From Antedon mediterranea (taxonomy: Eukaryota > Animalia > Echinodermata), in assembly GCF_964355755.1 (NCBI RefSeq), contig NC_092673.1:23433648-23497647 (forward strand): a DNA stretch of 64,000 nucleotides. Reading direction: 5' to 3'. Position numbers and translations under genes: made by a program. The notes beneath the pieces were generated by a model. It saw only the letters and a list, made by a program, of their open reading frames with translations. It had not been told where the DNA came from and searched no databases. This document shows positions 26,332 to 40,300 of this stretch, piece by piece. Within the stretch, counting starts at the first letter, position 1; every line of letters begins with the position of its first letter.

Positions 26332-27644
26332 TAACTCGCTTGGACGCAGCGAGAGCGTAAGCAAACTGCAACTGACCAATCACGACGTGATAGATCATCC
26401 GAACTGTCGCTTGTGATTGGTTGTTGCGGTGTAATTGCTTTTAAGTGAAAACCAAGTTTAATCTGACGTCGACATTTCCTAGTTATATGGTCGCGTATAT
26501 CCAAGCTGTCAAACTTTTGAAATTGAGCTTGTGGACCACTCCGACCGGAGCAAACCATAACGTTGTCGAGTCCGGGACAATAATTACGTTGTCGAACTAC
26601 GTGTAACATTTTACAATTCTCGATGTTGTTTTAGGCCTATTGGGTAAAATACACAATATACATATTAATGATGTATTTTCCCCAAAAAAATTGAAAAATG
26701 AAGATTAATAAAATCAGACTTTAAATAAGCTATTTTGCAGTTTTAATATTAATAAAGTTATTCAATCCTGTAAAAAAAAAGAATTATTTCACTTATAAAA
26801 AGACAAACGAAACAATTAGCCTAAATTTTAACTAAGAACCATTGTCTGACAAACAATTTAAGTAAATCTAGTAAATTTAGGTAAATCTTTTTTTTTCGAT
26901 CCAGTTTTTGGTCAAAGTGAATAACTACTACGTGACATGGTAATGGCATATTAAAAAAAAGAATATCTTTAAATTTAGTATGAGGTAAAAAATTTTTCGT
27001 TTATTTGTCTTTATTTAATATAGTATAATAGTACAATAGTGATAAAACAAAGTACAAATTGTATCAAAATGCTTTGTAAATTTTAGATTATCTGCAGTCA
27101 ATAAATGCTATAGATAAAATTGTTATTTGACTATACACAAAGAAAATCGGTTACAAAAGAATGATAGATCCACTGTCACGCCAAGATCTTAATTCGTATA
27201 AATCAACAATTCAACTATTTCTGTTAGACCTATTGTACTTCGGTTTAATTATAGTTCATTCGGCGCAACGAGTTGTAAAGCAGAAAATTAATACAAAAAC
27301 ACAAATATTGTTACAAAAAATAACATTTACAACTAGAGATGGATACTTGAGTTAAACAAATACGAGGATATATGAAATCAAGAGTTTGAATAACAATATT
27401 ATTAAATAGACAAACATCGATGTTTTCATTGTTGTTATTTTAATTCCAAAAGTTTTTTTTTTATACACCTTTATCATTCCAATATTAGTGATTATATTAC
27501 TCCTGAGAGACTTCTTTCACACTGAGGATCGGTGATTGGCAGTTTAGCACAGATAGCAGTTTGTTTAAACATTAATTGAGAACAAATCTAGATTGGTTTT
27601 TTTAATTGTCTACACGCCATTGGGCAGTCTAAAAAATTTGGATT

Positions 27645-30225
27645 CAATCAAAATCTTTATTTATTCACGAAATTCTAAAATACAAAAGTACAAAATATAA
27701 AACTTGTTCACCATGAAATAAAGTTCGTGATAGGTAATATAATATATACAAAAAAATACAGTGTATACACATTTATACAAAAATATTAAAAGAAAGAATT
27801 TATAAAATAATACAGCATTAGGCTTCCAGTTTAATTTTGTTTTGCAATTTCTTTTTTGAATACGTTCAGAGATTGTGGCATCTTATTGATATCAATATTA
27901 TGTTTATTCCAAGTTATAACCCCCCTATAAGAAATACTACGTTTTTTATACTCAGTGCGAGGTTTCGGAACATAGGTTTGTATCATTATGTCTAAAGTTA
28001 TAATTGAAATTATTTTGTTTAAGTAGATTTGATAGATATGTGGGTGCACGCCCCGTCATAACTTTATAAATTAACATGCAACATTCATACTCATCTTTAG
28101 TTGAGAGGGTAAGCCAATTTACTCGCTGAAGTGCATCTTTACTTGGTGTGTCCCAAGATAGGCCAAATATGATTCGGGCTGTTCAATTGTGTACAGTTTG
28201 TACTCTTTTTAGAAAGTTCGAGCCACAATTACCCCAGATTACACTACAATAAGTTAGATGTGGAATAATAATAGAATTTGCAATATCTCTTAATATAATA
28301 TTTTGAAAAATGTGTCTACATCGTTTAAGCATACCTAAACCTTTTAGAGCCTTCGCACGAGTATATTTCATATGGTATTTCCAGCTTAGCGTTTCATCAA
28401 TGTTTACACCAAGATATTTACTGTAGCATACTCTAGGAACTTGAACATTATTTATGTGGACAGAACGTTCTCCGTTTTCAATTTTGGAGAGTTTCTGATT
28501 TGATTCTATTAGCATAAATTCTGATTTTAAGATGTTAAGACTTAGTTTGTTATTCTTCAGCCAATCATAAATGTGTTCAAGCTCATAGTTTATTGTTTGA
28601 TAAATTTCATTTTCATTTTCTGATGCATAATATACAATAGTGTCGTCTGCATACATACTAAGTTTACACTTTTAACAACACGTGGCATATCATTTATATA
28701 TATAAGGAAAGCCAAAGGGCCGACGATTGAACCCTGCGCACCCCGCATTTGATGACCGTACGTTCAGATAACATATCATTGACATTTGTGAATTGGGATC
28801 TTTCAGAAAGGTAGCTTTTAAACCACTGTATTGTATAATTATTAAGTCCATATAATCTTAATTTACTCAATAATATGTGATGGTTTACCGTATCAAATGC
28901 TTTTTTGAAATCAAGCATGCATAGACCGACCATCCTACCCTGATCGATTTCACTGTACCAATTTTCAGTAATGTTGGCAAGTGCTGTAGATGTAGAGTAC
29001 GATGGACGAAAACCAGATTGATTTACATATATTAGGTTATTAATAATTAAATATGTATATAGTTGATCAACGACAGCACGCTCTATAATTTTTGAAATTA
29101 CGAAGGACGATAGTTACTTGGGTTCGAGTTATCACCTTTCTTAAATATGGGTTTTACCTTTGCAGTTTTCCAATTTGTAGGAAAACAGCATGTAGTAAAC
29201 GAGTGATTTATAATATGCGTAATAATTGGGGAAATTGTTTGAGCAGCTATTTTATAAATATATGGGGGTAAGTTGTCAAACCCAGTAGCTTTATTTGTTA
29301 GAAGATTTCTCGGATAGCTAAAGACCCATTCACATGACACGGGTTCAAAATTGAATACATTGTCTGTGAAGGGTTCTCTTCCATCATAATCAATTTTACT
29401 TTTGGGTTTATCTATACCTGCTGCAAGACTGGGACCTACGCTTGAAAAAAAATTGTTCATGACATTTGCGATTTCTTTATTATCCATTGATTTTATATTA
29501 TCATTTCAAATACTTTGAATGTGTTGACTTTTCTTATTTGATGGTATGATATGTCTTATTACATTCCATGTTTTTTTTAACATCGTTTTTATTTTCGTTT
29601 ATTTTGTATTTAATAAAATCTGACTTACTTTTTAAAATCAATTTGTTGCATGCATTTCGACATTTACGGTATTTTTTTCAAGGTTTTTCATCATTAGAAT
29701 TATTACCTATTGTTTTTAATTTATCTCGTTCTCGCATCTTTTTAATAATATCTTTACCAAGCCAAGGAGCCGTTTTCTTTCTTATTCTATGTTTTTTCAA
29801 AGGAGCGTGTTTATCAATTAGATTTATAAGGTGATTTTCAAGTAGTTGAGCACTTTCGTCCACATTTCCACTATTTATGATTTCATTCCAATTTATATTT
29901 TGGAGATCAGAGATAGTCATTTTCATTAAATCTTTTAAAATTTCGAACAAATTTGTACTTGTGTTTCTGTTTATTTACCGTGTTATGGTTTGTTTTCCCA
30001 ATATATAGCGTATATCATGGAGGGGTCACTGAGACCAGGCATGTATAACGCCGGATTGTGAGACCTTTGAAACGTTGCTAAAGAACATTACATCAATAAG
30101 CGTTGAACTATCTTTGGTTATACGAGTAGGTTCATGTATGACGGGCTCAAGTTGAAAGTTCGTAGAAATTTCATTTAATCTTTTGGTGCAACAATGTGGT
30201 TCGATAGATAGGAGGTCGCAATTGT
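27645..30225 (-). mobile_element. Decayed non-LTR retrotransposon (CR1/L2-like LINE), endonuclease C-terminus plus reverse transcriptase
   Basis: Fragmented ORFs in colinear order: EPTRITKDSSTLID (~30090-30135), IDKHAPLKK...APWL, NKATGFD...WKTAKVKPIFKKG...NYRP, LDFKKAFDTVNH, MYADDT, KYLGV, SYRGVITWN. Multiple frameshifts. Confidence 0.92.
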
Positions 30226-30919
30226 GTTTAATAAGAGTATATTAACTTTGAACAATTCAACCACACGCGCTGGTTTCACCTAATTTGACATTTATTATAT
30301 TTGCCAATGTATTTAGGTCATTTGACACATTTTTAGGCCTCATCGGCCAAGCTAATAAAATCGATCTGTGCGCTTGCATTACATCTTTTATATAATGACA
30401 ATTCCATAATTTGTTATGATCGATGACGTCAAATGGCTTTGATAAATCCATGTACGTTGCGAATTAATTTATTAAAATTATGTTAACTATGTTAATTATG
30501 GTGGAGTGTTTGTAACTTCTAGTCATTTAAAGTACATATTGTATTTCAACAGGTAGTTATACAATCTGACGGAATTAACAAAATAGTTGTAGAAATAGTA
30601 GTAGAAATAGTTAATAGTTACGGTATAAGTTGACTTACCGATGTTCAAAATAAAATTTGTAGCTTATAACTCCTTCCCGATTGTTTACAATATTTTCCCA
30701 GACTTGAGTAGATCGGACTTCCCCGGGAAGAATTCAGCTTCGATCCAGCTCGGTTTTCGTACACATGATTTCGTGTGGATTTCTCAAGACAGAGGTTTCA
30801 AGTTCAAATCTTTGATCGGGTGTCTGTCGGACATTGTATATATAACTTCATTATGTACAATTTTTAATAACATAGTATTATTTTATATGTTTGTATTTTA
30901 TATAGATTTTTAAATCAAG

Positions 30920-31789
30920 ATGGCAGTGGAAGTTGTTGCAACGGTGTTTACGGTCTTATTGTGTTTATTCGCTTTCATCGGAAATACCTCAATCATAGCG
31001 TTATTCTTCAAAGTTCGTACATTACAGACTGTTTCGAATACGTTAGTGACATGTTTAGCCGTTATCGATGTTGGTATCGCTTCTTCGTATCCCATACAAT
31101 GTTTAGTGGACCTCAAGAAACTATCCGATAATCCAGAATGTATAGCCTTCATGTGTATCATCATGTGCTTATCTGTAGCTCATACATACTTTACATTGGC
31201 ACTATCAATTGAGAGGTACATAACCATCAGTAAACCATTGAAATGCTGTACCATCATAACAGAGAGAAGATGCTACATTGCCATTGCCATAATTTCTGTA
31301 GTCTCTCTCGTGATTGGTATTCTTCCGGTTATGATGCCGCTATTTGGAAACACAGAATCTCTTGAAACCGACTGCCGATTAGCAACCGTATTCATCAACG
31401 GCTATACTGCATGGGTTTTCGCAAATTGGGTTATGCCCCTTCCAGCAATAATATTCCTGTACATCCGGGTATTCATACTTGTAAAACGGCACGTCAAGCG
31501 GATACAGGCATCCGAGGCAGCATCTCACTTGGGTGCGCAGAATTCTGGGTTCAAACTAAAACGAGAAGCGAAGACTGCTCTTTTGTTGTTATTTATGGTT
31601 GCATATTTCATTGTAGTCAGAATTCCGTTCATTCTCGTGGTTGCTGTTACAGATCCTTCTGAAAGTGTTATGGCGTATATAATAACGCATTTTTTTGCAT
31701 ACAGTACCTCGGCTGTTAGTCCATTCATCTTTGGTTTTGGTAATAAAGATTATAGGAAACATTTTCTATCAATTTTGAAGATAAAGTAA
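30920..31789 (+). CDS. Class A GPCR, paralogue 3, 289 aa, intronless CDS
   Basis: Paralogous to 1 and 2; GN, LAVID, ERY, SAVSPFIF motifs. TM6 Trp is replaced by Arg (VRIP). Preceded by acceptor-like TTTTATATAG (30905). Confidence 0.87.
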   Translation: MAVEVVATVFTVLLCLFAFIGNTSIIALFFKVRTLQTVSNTLVTCLAVIDVGIASSYPIQCLVDLKKLSDNPECIAFMCIIMCLSVAHTYFTLALSIERYITISKPLKCCTIITERRCYIAIAIISVVSLVIGILPVMMPLFGNTESLETDCRLATVFINGYTAWVFANWVMPLPAIIFLYIRVFILVKRHVKRIQASEAASHLGAQNSGFKLKREAKTALLLLFMVAYFIVVRIPFILVVAVTDPSESVMAYIITHFFAYSTSAVSPFIFGFGNKDYRKHFLSILKIK

Positions 31790-32384
31790 CAATAAAGTAT
31801 TCAACTAAATTTATCTAAATGCTGTCACAAGTTGATTTCAATCAAGTTTAAGTTAACCCTTCACAATAGTGGCATTATGGATTGGCCACTAAATTATTGA
31901 TAATAATGTAGGCCTAAATTGGTATATTATATATATTCGTAATATTTTGTAAAATTATTCCGTAGTATTTGTAAAGTTGCACACTGATATGAAGTGTAAA
32001 TCTTATTTCCACGTGTGATTCCAAGTGTGTTGTATGTAAAAGAAACAGTATGCATATGTGGTTTTGAACCTCTGTCAATGATAGATTGAACACAATACAC
32101 ATAATAAATATCTAAATGTATGCAAATAACACTAGTAAGGTAAGGGTTGTGGTACACAAAGTGATTCCAAAACACGAATTAAATGTAATGTTGAGAATGT
32201 CGTTTTTTTAATCGTAGTCTACAATTGGCAAACTTTGCCAAACATTTATTTGCAAACTCCAGTTTTCCACAGTTTGAAGAAGATACTGGAGGCCACCAGC
32301 AGAAACCCACGATTACAAACTAGTGTGGCCTGTAAACTAGTTTTCTGCAGTACATACTTTCTCGGACTATAACCTTCTCTTACA

Positions 32385-32645
32385 ATGTAGTTTTAGAAGT
32401 ATGTGTAGTTTTAGAAGTATGTGTAGTTTTAGAAGTATGTGTAGTTTTAGAAGTATGTGTAGTTTTAGAAGTATGTGTAGTTTTAGAAGTATGTGTAGTT
32501 TTAGAAGTATGTGCAACATGAGAAGTATGTGCAACATGAGAAGTATGTGCAACATGAGAAGTATGTGCAACATGAGAAGTATGTGCAACATGAGAAGTAT
32601 GTGCTGCATGAGAAGTATGTGCTGCATGAGAAGTATGTGCTGCAA
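32385..32645. repeat. 18-bp minisatellite, ~14 units in three variant blocks
   Basis: AGAAGTATGTGTAGTTTT units, then AGAAGTATGTGCAACATG, then AGAAGTATGTGCTGCATG. Confidence 0.95.
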
Positions 32646-32679
32646 CTTTTCTTTCTTTTCTTCAATTGAATTGTATTCA

Positions 32680-32785
32680 TCTTATTGGCAACATTTCAGC
32701 AATATCGTAATATTCTTTTTGTTGGCAACATTTCAGCAATATCGTAATATTCTTCTTATTGGCAACATTTCAGCAATATCGTAAT
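32680..32785. repeat. Three copies of a ~36-bp tandem repeat
   Basis: TTGGCAACATTTCAGCAATATCGTAAT core repeated three times. Confidence 0.9.
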
Positions 32786-35401
32786 TGATACAAAGCATGT
32801 GGAATTAAAAAAAAACAAGTCCTTCGGTGCATAGCAGATTTTAAACTGGCATTATTGACCACCACACCCTCACCTTTATAAAAATGAATAAAATCAAACT
32901 GTGAATATACCATTTTATAGCCTTAGTCAATATAATAAATATTTCAACGGTTAACCAAAAACATGTTGTCTAACAGCCAATGCTTTAGGTAGATCATATT
33001 TAGTTTGATCCAATTTTCAGTGTTATAATGTTTATTTCTTTTCAGAGGAATATAGACCTATACTTAGGTTTATTGCAATTTTAAAATAATATTTGTATGT
33101 TTTGTAATCTGATCCACCATGTAGTTAAATATTGAATGAACAATACGAGTGTATGAATGAATGCAAGTGTCACTATCACTACTATTATATATTAACCTAA
33201 ATAAATTCCTCGGCGTTGCCTCGTTGATATGTAACATTTCATCATTCATCTCATGCCATTATTTGTACCATTACTCATAAAAATTCATTATTTGTATATT
33301 ATTGTTAGTCTCGCCGAATCACATAACACGTTCACAGATATTATTTCAAGATCTAAATCAATCAATTAAAGTAACATTTTTTTCTCTTATAAGTTCATAA
33401 TAATAAATTATCAATAATTTGATTAAACTAAGAGAGGCAAATAAAAAAAAAAGAGAGCGAAGCTTGTGTGAGGCAGCACATGCAGCTTAAACTAAACAAA
33501 CTAAATAAAGATATGTAATCAAGAATGGGCCTAGATGTTTTGGAAAAATGGAGCAGATGGGTTGTCGTAAATATAAAAATGAAAATGTGTATAAAATGAA
33601 ATTCAAATGATAGTGTTAAGTGGCTTTTCGTTCGAAATTTAAGGACAACAGAAAATAAATATGTTAAGGAACACAATGCAATTATATGCAAATTAGCAAG
33701 CAATCCATGTGAATTCCGAATTTAGTGAATACGGTACACGTTGTTTTTGTAGTGCATTATTATAAATATAGCCTATATATTGTTGAATGAATTAAAAATA
33801 TATATGTGGAGTAAAATGTTCATAGCGTTTTCTTTAAGTTAAACTTGAGATTTATGTCAAATTATTAAATGAGCTAAGCAGGCCTGTTATCTGATGGTTT
33901 ATATATTTCACTAAAAAGTTAACAGAGATGGCGAGATAAGAATACAAAATTCACCGCGCACGCATGAATATTCTAATCAATGAATGCTTATATTTCTAAT
34001 TAATGACAGTCCCAACACGAATACCTTCGCATCAGAATATAGGCAACGGTGAATCAGCCTGGCTTCTACAACATGATGGTTTAAATTGCAATATTCTTCG
34101 GTGTACAACCACAACCATAACACTGCAACTAAACACTTCTTTAGTATTCTAGGATTGCATAATAAATACTATACTTGCAATACATGTTTGTTAATAGTAT
34201 AAGTAAATGAGAATAGTCGTACTTACAATGGTCACACTGGCAGAGAAGTGACATCTCCCTTTATCGAAATGCGAGGCGTAGGCCTACCCGTTAAATTCTA
34301 TAACGTAGCTTGCACCTGATGGAACATATTATGCAAATCATTATTGTCACCTGTTATACACGTGACGTATGACCCGGACTGTGACAATTAGCTACACAAA
34401 AAGTATACTACCCAACAAACGTAATCATGCAATCGCCTGATTTTGTGTTATTATATACATAACCACTTAACTACTAGGTCTAATGTGGGAGAACCGTGCT
34501 AAAAGTAGCACATAGTTATATGATAGATACACTCCCGACCCCTTCTCCAACAGAAGGTTTTGTTTGAGATCTGCATTAAAAAAATATTTGCCGCTCAAAC
34601 ATCCCATACCAATGCAAGCATTTTCTTTGTCGTTTATTTTTACCTTTATGTAGAACGTTCATCTGCTGGTGTAGAAATTGCGATTAATACATATTATCGT
34701 AATTTTTAAAAATCATTACTCAATTAAACATTGTGTTTAAATTAGTAATATTTCACAATCGTCTTGGGTGAAGATAGTTTGCAAGAGTAAACTTGAAATA
34801 AAGCCCACCCAAGAGTAATAATATAAAAGAAGCCGATGGTTTTGTTGTTTTTCTCTGATAAACAAATTCAATCATGTAGAGGAACAGGTTGAATTCAATT
34901 AAATTCAATTCGTCAAAGTTCAACAATAATGCTACTTTTATTTTTTTACCATAAACAAGGACAACACAGGAAACTTGCTCGATCGTTTATTTACGGATAT
35001 GACGTCAATTATTATTTAAGGACAAGATAAAGTAAACATCTTATTAGTTACGTAAAATGACAAAAATAAAAGAAACACCCCAACATTTTATAGCCTACTT
35101 ATTTGACACACTTTTCATTAAAAGAATAGTAAGCAATAAACTATTCTGAAACAATTTGCATTGATTTGCGTAAAATAAAAACAATGTAGTAAAATTATAC
35201 ATTAATTTGATCAAATAGCGTTAATTTGTAAGTGTAAATCGGTAAAATATAGGTAAACAGTTTTGCATATTATAATGAATCACACAGTATTGTGATAGTT
35301 AAAACATGCAAGTACCGTGTGCTTAGTGATACAACTAATTATAACTCCTGAGAAATATGAACATGAATAATGAAGGATATCTTAACTGAAATATATAACT
35401 A

Positions 35402-35557
35402 TACAGTAGAAACTGTAGAAAACCCTCCTTTGTGACACCCCACATTTTCCAGTGAAATATATGTGTTAACTCTATGGCCAACCCTTATTCAGGGGACACC
35501 CTAGTAAGAAGACGCTTGGTTGGGGCCCAAAAGTTTTCCTTTACTGGTTGTACTGTA
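35402..35557. mobile_element. MITE family D (TA-CAGT termini, Tc1/mariner-pogo-like), degenerate representative copy
   Basis: TACAGTAGAAA...CCCTTATTCAGGGGACACC...GTTGTACTGTA. Related AGAACC.CTATT/AAGGGGACAC/TGTCCCTTAATAG fragments near 11785, 38690, 41330, 44105, 47610, 48460-48730, 49640, 51420-51625, 56530 and 58100. Confidence 0.55.
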
Positions 35558-37349
35558 CAATGTTAAACTTAACAACATTACATTCCAGTTACTACAGACC
35601 CACCACAGCAACCACAGTTCCAAACACAATCTAACCCTAAAGTGTAATGTGCACATTTATGTACACAGGACCAGTGGCTAAACGTCCTTCCTGAAGGACA
35701 AGACAAAAGAGTAAAGCATTTTCAGGAAGCAAAAATGCACATGCTTGTTCAATTCAATTACCATTGCTTCATATCTCCTAACTAGATATATTTATTATTT
35801 ACACAATACACATAATTATACATGTACAATGAAATCTCTATGAGATAACTTTACCCCAAATTTACCTCCCTCAAGTTCCTTGTTATAACAAATATACATC
35901 ATATTTTATTGAAGAAGACAAGATAATTAAAACTATAACTGCAGCATCAAACTTATTATGGAAACATCACTAATTTGTACATTATAAACAACACAGTGGA
36001 GTAAAAACAAAAACAATCCGATATTATTAGTATTGTTTCATGACTGGCAAAAATAATACAGATTGATGACTAAAATAACATTCATATCAATTATAGTTTT
36101 TATAATATATATTGTTATATGACGTTCCCTGTATGAGATATTTAGGAAAACATTTAAAATGTACTGTATTACGTTTCACTATATCATATTATATTTTTTT
36201 TTTAAATGTGTACATATATAAAGCAGGCATATACAGGCCTTTTCTTTTGAGGCGAGCGAGTGCGATCACTTACCTAACACACTCCTAAACTGCCCTTGAG
36301 GCACGTAACACACTTAAATTTGATAAACTTACCTACACACGGAAACACAAACGGCACACCTACAGCACCCCTGAATGTATTGAGGAGTGCAATTTGTAGC
36401 ACACTTGCACTATTTGTTTTAAAAAAAGGCCTGCACATAGGGAGAAATCAGATCTATTGCTTTTTTTGGACTCAGTGTGTGAAATAAAAAAATAAAAAAA
36501 ATCCAGCTATGGTTTAGGCAGTTCCAGAATTGTTGAAAAATACTATTAGATTTATTGCTAGCTTCTCAATATCACAGTATTTCATTAAAAAAACATCCTA
36601 TCCTAAATAGTTTAAATGCTTTACTTATATCTCCAAAACTACACCAATGTGTACAATAAGTAATTTGGCATAAAATATATTATTCTAACATAATAAATAA
36701 AAAAAACAATTATAAGTAAAAACAATCTAAAATTTGGCACCCAATTTATATTAGAATAGATTAAAAAAAATAAAGGAATATGAATAATTAAGAATTATCA
36801 ATTATGAATTATTATAATCAATAAATTAAGCTTGGGATAGAGTTTTGTCGTTTAATTGAACAGAAAAAGAACATTTCATCCTTGGAAATGAAAATTATAT
36901 TATGAAAATGTGGTGTGTGGTGTTGCGTTTGTTCAATCTGTACATAATTAGTTCTTTTACTTATTTATAATTACTTTTGATTTACTTTCATTTAATGTTG
37001 TTTTGTTCATTCTTCTCCACCACCGATATATAAAGGTGTTATTGTCAAAGATTATAATTCATTAGGTTAAGTAATTAGGCATTAATGCAAAGAGTAGTCT
37101 AGCATTCCATATATGATTAGTTATGTGACATGGGAATACAACTATATATTGCATTAGTAGGACATTTTGCATTACCTAGCTATTTAACATGTGGATGTAT
37201 ATGTTAAATAAGGTTTAGTGGGAATGGAAGAAAATCATATAAAGTAAGAGAATAGTCACGCAACACCATTGCGGCTTGGATAGGTCATAGGTCATGTTGC
37301 CAAACACTCACTTGCATAGTTGTTCTTCATATCATATTAACATCGATGA

Positions 37350-40300
37350 TCAATCGCTGGAAGTTGGAGTAGAGTTTAGTTTGTTGCGTGGCACAAAGTT
37401 GCGTGTATTTGTGTCGGATTCCGAGTCCTCTACATCCACATCACTTTCATCATCGTAACTGACTTCATCTACGGTAGGCATTGAGACTGTTACTGGAAAA
37501 TCTTGTCCCTCCATTTCAGCCTCTGTGAAGTAAACCATTGGTAAAATTAAATTTTGATTTGATTTCCAGAACATAAATTTGATCTCATTTGTAATTAATT
37601 TGTTAATTGTTAAAATCTTTATGGCATTATATAATAAATAATGTAATCTCTTTAGTCGATGAGGACTTCACTTATTTTACAAATGATTTTATTTTAGATT
37701 AGTTTTTCAAGGACTATCTTTTGCATTTGTTTTGCTGCTATTAAGGCCATAACATCATCTGATGCCAATTCAAAATGTAAATGATATTTGAATGTTTGTA
37801 GCATTAATAATCAACTGACTTGTTATTCCAGAATCATGACCTTTTGTGAAATTGTAAAATAAAATAATTGTAAACCATTATGCCTATAAAAATTAGAAAT
37901 ACAAAAACAAAATTGGTCGATATATTGTGAAGGCTAGGAGGTTTAAGCGCATCACAAGTTTGAAATCTCTAAAAAAATAAAACAGAATTGTAACTCTCGG
38001 TGTACACAATTGAGAATTCTTATGTTAACATACACAGTGAATATTGTAAGGTCAAATAATGCAATCATTAATTAGGGTTGTTCAGATCCATGAAGTTATG
38101 CTTTGTATCGCAAGCAATGTCATATTATAATTAGTGTCGTAACAGCAAAGTGTCACCGATTTGGGCGAACATCAGGGGTGGATTGCTATAAAACAGTCTT
38201 AACTGATGGGATGGTCTAACTCCCCGATTAAAGATCAGATAGACGGTCTTACTAAAGCCACCCCTGTTAGACCATTCCTATAAAAAAGGGCGTACTTTGC
38301 GCGTAGAATACCAAATAAGGTAATGTTCGTCATGCTTGTTCAATTCACAATCATAACAGTACGTACGTTTCTACGCAAGAAAATCTATTCTAGGCATAAG
38401 AATAAAATCACAGTTATTATTTGATTTAACACTTAAAAACTCGTTCAATTGGTTGTCTTTGATAAATAATACGTAAAAGCAACAAAAAGAGAAGTTTCAG
38501 ACTGTTTTAAGAACCTTCGAGTAGGCTTTAATTTTAAAGGCCGCTTACAGGTTAGACCGCGGTATAGCAATGGTGTATAAATAAAGACTACTTGCTACGT
38601 CACGAATTATAGCCGGCTAAGTGCTAAGACAGCTTATAGCAATCCGCCCCTGGTATGCAGGATCAAATTTGATAACTTATGTGTTTCATGTGAAACTGTC
38701 CCTTAATAGGAGTGTCTACTGAATACATGTGTCCCAAAGGAGGGTATCTACTATAAGGGAAAAATAATAAATATATTGTCCCTCAAAAACATGACAAATG
38801 ACGATTAATAAAATCAGACTTTGAGGAAGCCGGTTTGCAGTTTTAATACAAACCTACAAAAATAATGATAATAATAATGAACTTTACTTCACCGTAACGC
38901 CCAAAGTGGTGTATTTTTTAAGCTGATTTATTACAAATAGGTAGTTCTAATGTCAAAATAAAATACTGGGGTAATTTAAAAGCAGTGTTGCCAGAAACAT
39001 AGGCATTTTTATAGATTTATTAAAAAAACAACATGGTATATTAGTAAAAACATTTTATTTTCTTTGATTATCTGATTATAAACTCATTAGTCAGAACAAT
39101 TCTTAATGTTTTATATAATTCTAGTTGTGTTGTGAGAAAAAAAACCAATATTTCTAATTATAGATTCTGTAATTCCCAGTTTTAATGTCATTTTCTAAGT
39201 TAGATCCTCTTGAAATTTGAATAAATTATCAGATCGTTGTGAATTTTAATATTTGCAACAGATTTCTCCTCTCCTATTTTGAAGCTCCTCTTTTATTTTT
39301 ACTTCTTCTATTTGCCAACCTAAGCAGATCCCACATGCCCATCCATCACCACTTACCTCCCCAAAATCAAACGTCAAATGATATACTCAGGTATGTTAAT
39401 GCTACGTAACAAATATTGAGGTCCTGATGTGAAATGCATTTTTACCATTTTTAAATTTAACAGTTTTTGATACCATTTCATTTAAGGTCAGCATGTAAAA
39501 TATCACATTTTATATCAAATATTGGTTTTAAATCGTTTTTACTGTGATTGTTGGATTCAGTAGTAATTATTAATTGATTATTAATTATATGATAGTTATT
39601 TAATTTCCCTTAGTTATGCATAAAAACAGTTACTAAAATTGAGATATTCTGTTGATTTGTCATACTATCTTATAAAAATTTTAATTTGTAGATTATTAGC
39701 AGGCCTGCCTTATTTGCATTTTCAAAATACCATTTAACAAAGTCATATTCGTAAGGACTTTCTTCTGTGATTATTTTTATTCATGAAAACCCCATATTTT
39801 ATTTACAGTTGAACATCCCATAAGCGGCCGCACTTTAAAAAGCCTGTTTGTTCTTCCTATCTAATTAGTGCATTTGGTACTTCCCGTAAGCGGCCGCAGC
39901 CACTTTTTTTTAACTAAAACGAAAAATTCGTATTTAAAATAATGGTATCAACCAAACTCCATTTTGTAATTTGTTTATACATTAAATGGAACTCAATACA
40001 GTACTTGGTTGTTTACACTGCTATAAACAAAAACTGCGTAAAAGTTTTTTTGTTTAAAATAAGTATACAAGTTTGTACTTCTTCACTATAGAAAATCCGT
40101 GAAAAATGGCAAAAACATCAACATTTGGATAATTGACCGTTGTCATGGCAACGAAGGATAAACATTAAAATGAATGTTGTAGATATGCTTTTTATTCAAG
40201 TGCCTATTCATGGTCAAAATTTGAGAGAAATCCATTTTTTTACATCTGCCACCAAATCTTTGATTTTTACAGACAAATGGCTATTAAATAATTTTTGCTT

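Noticed and set aside
32367-32784. ORFs with repeated MCSFRS / HILLML peptides
   Set aside because: They are translations of an 18-bp minisatellite with no splice or domain support.
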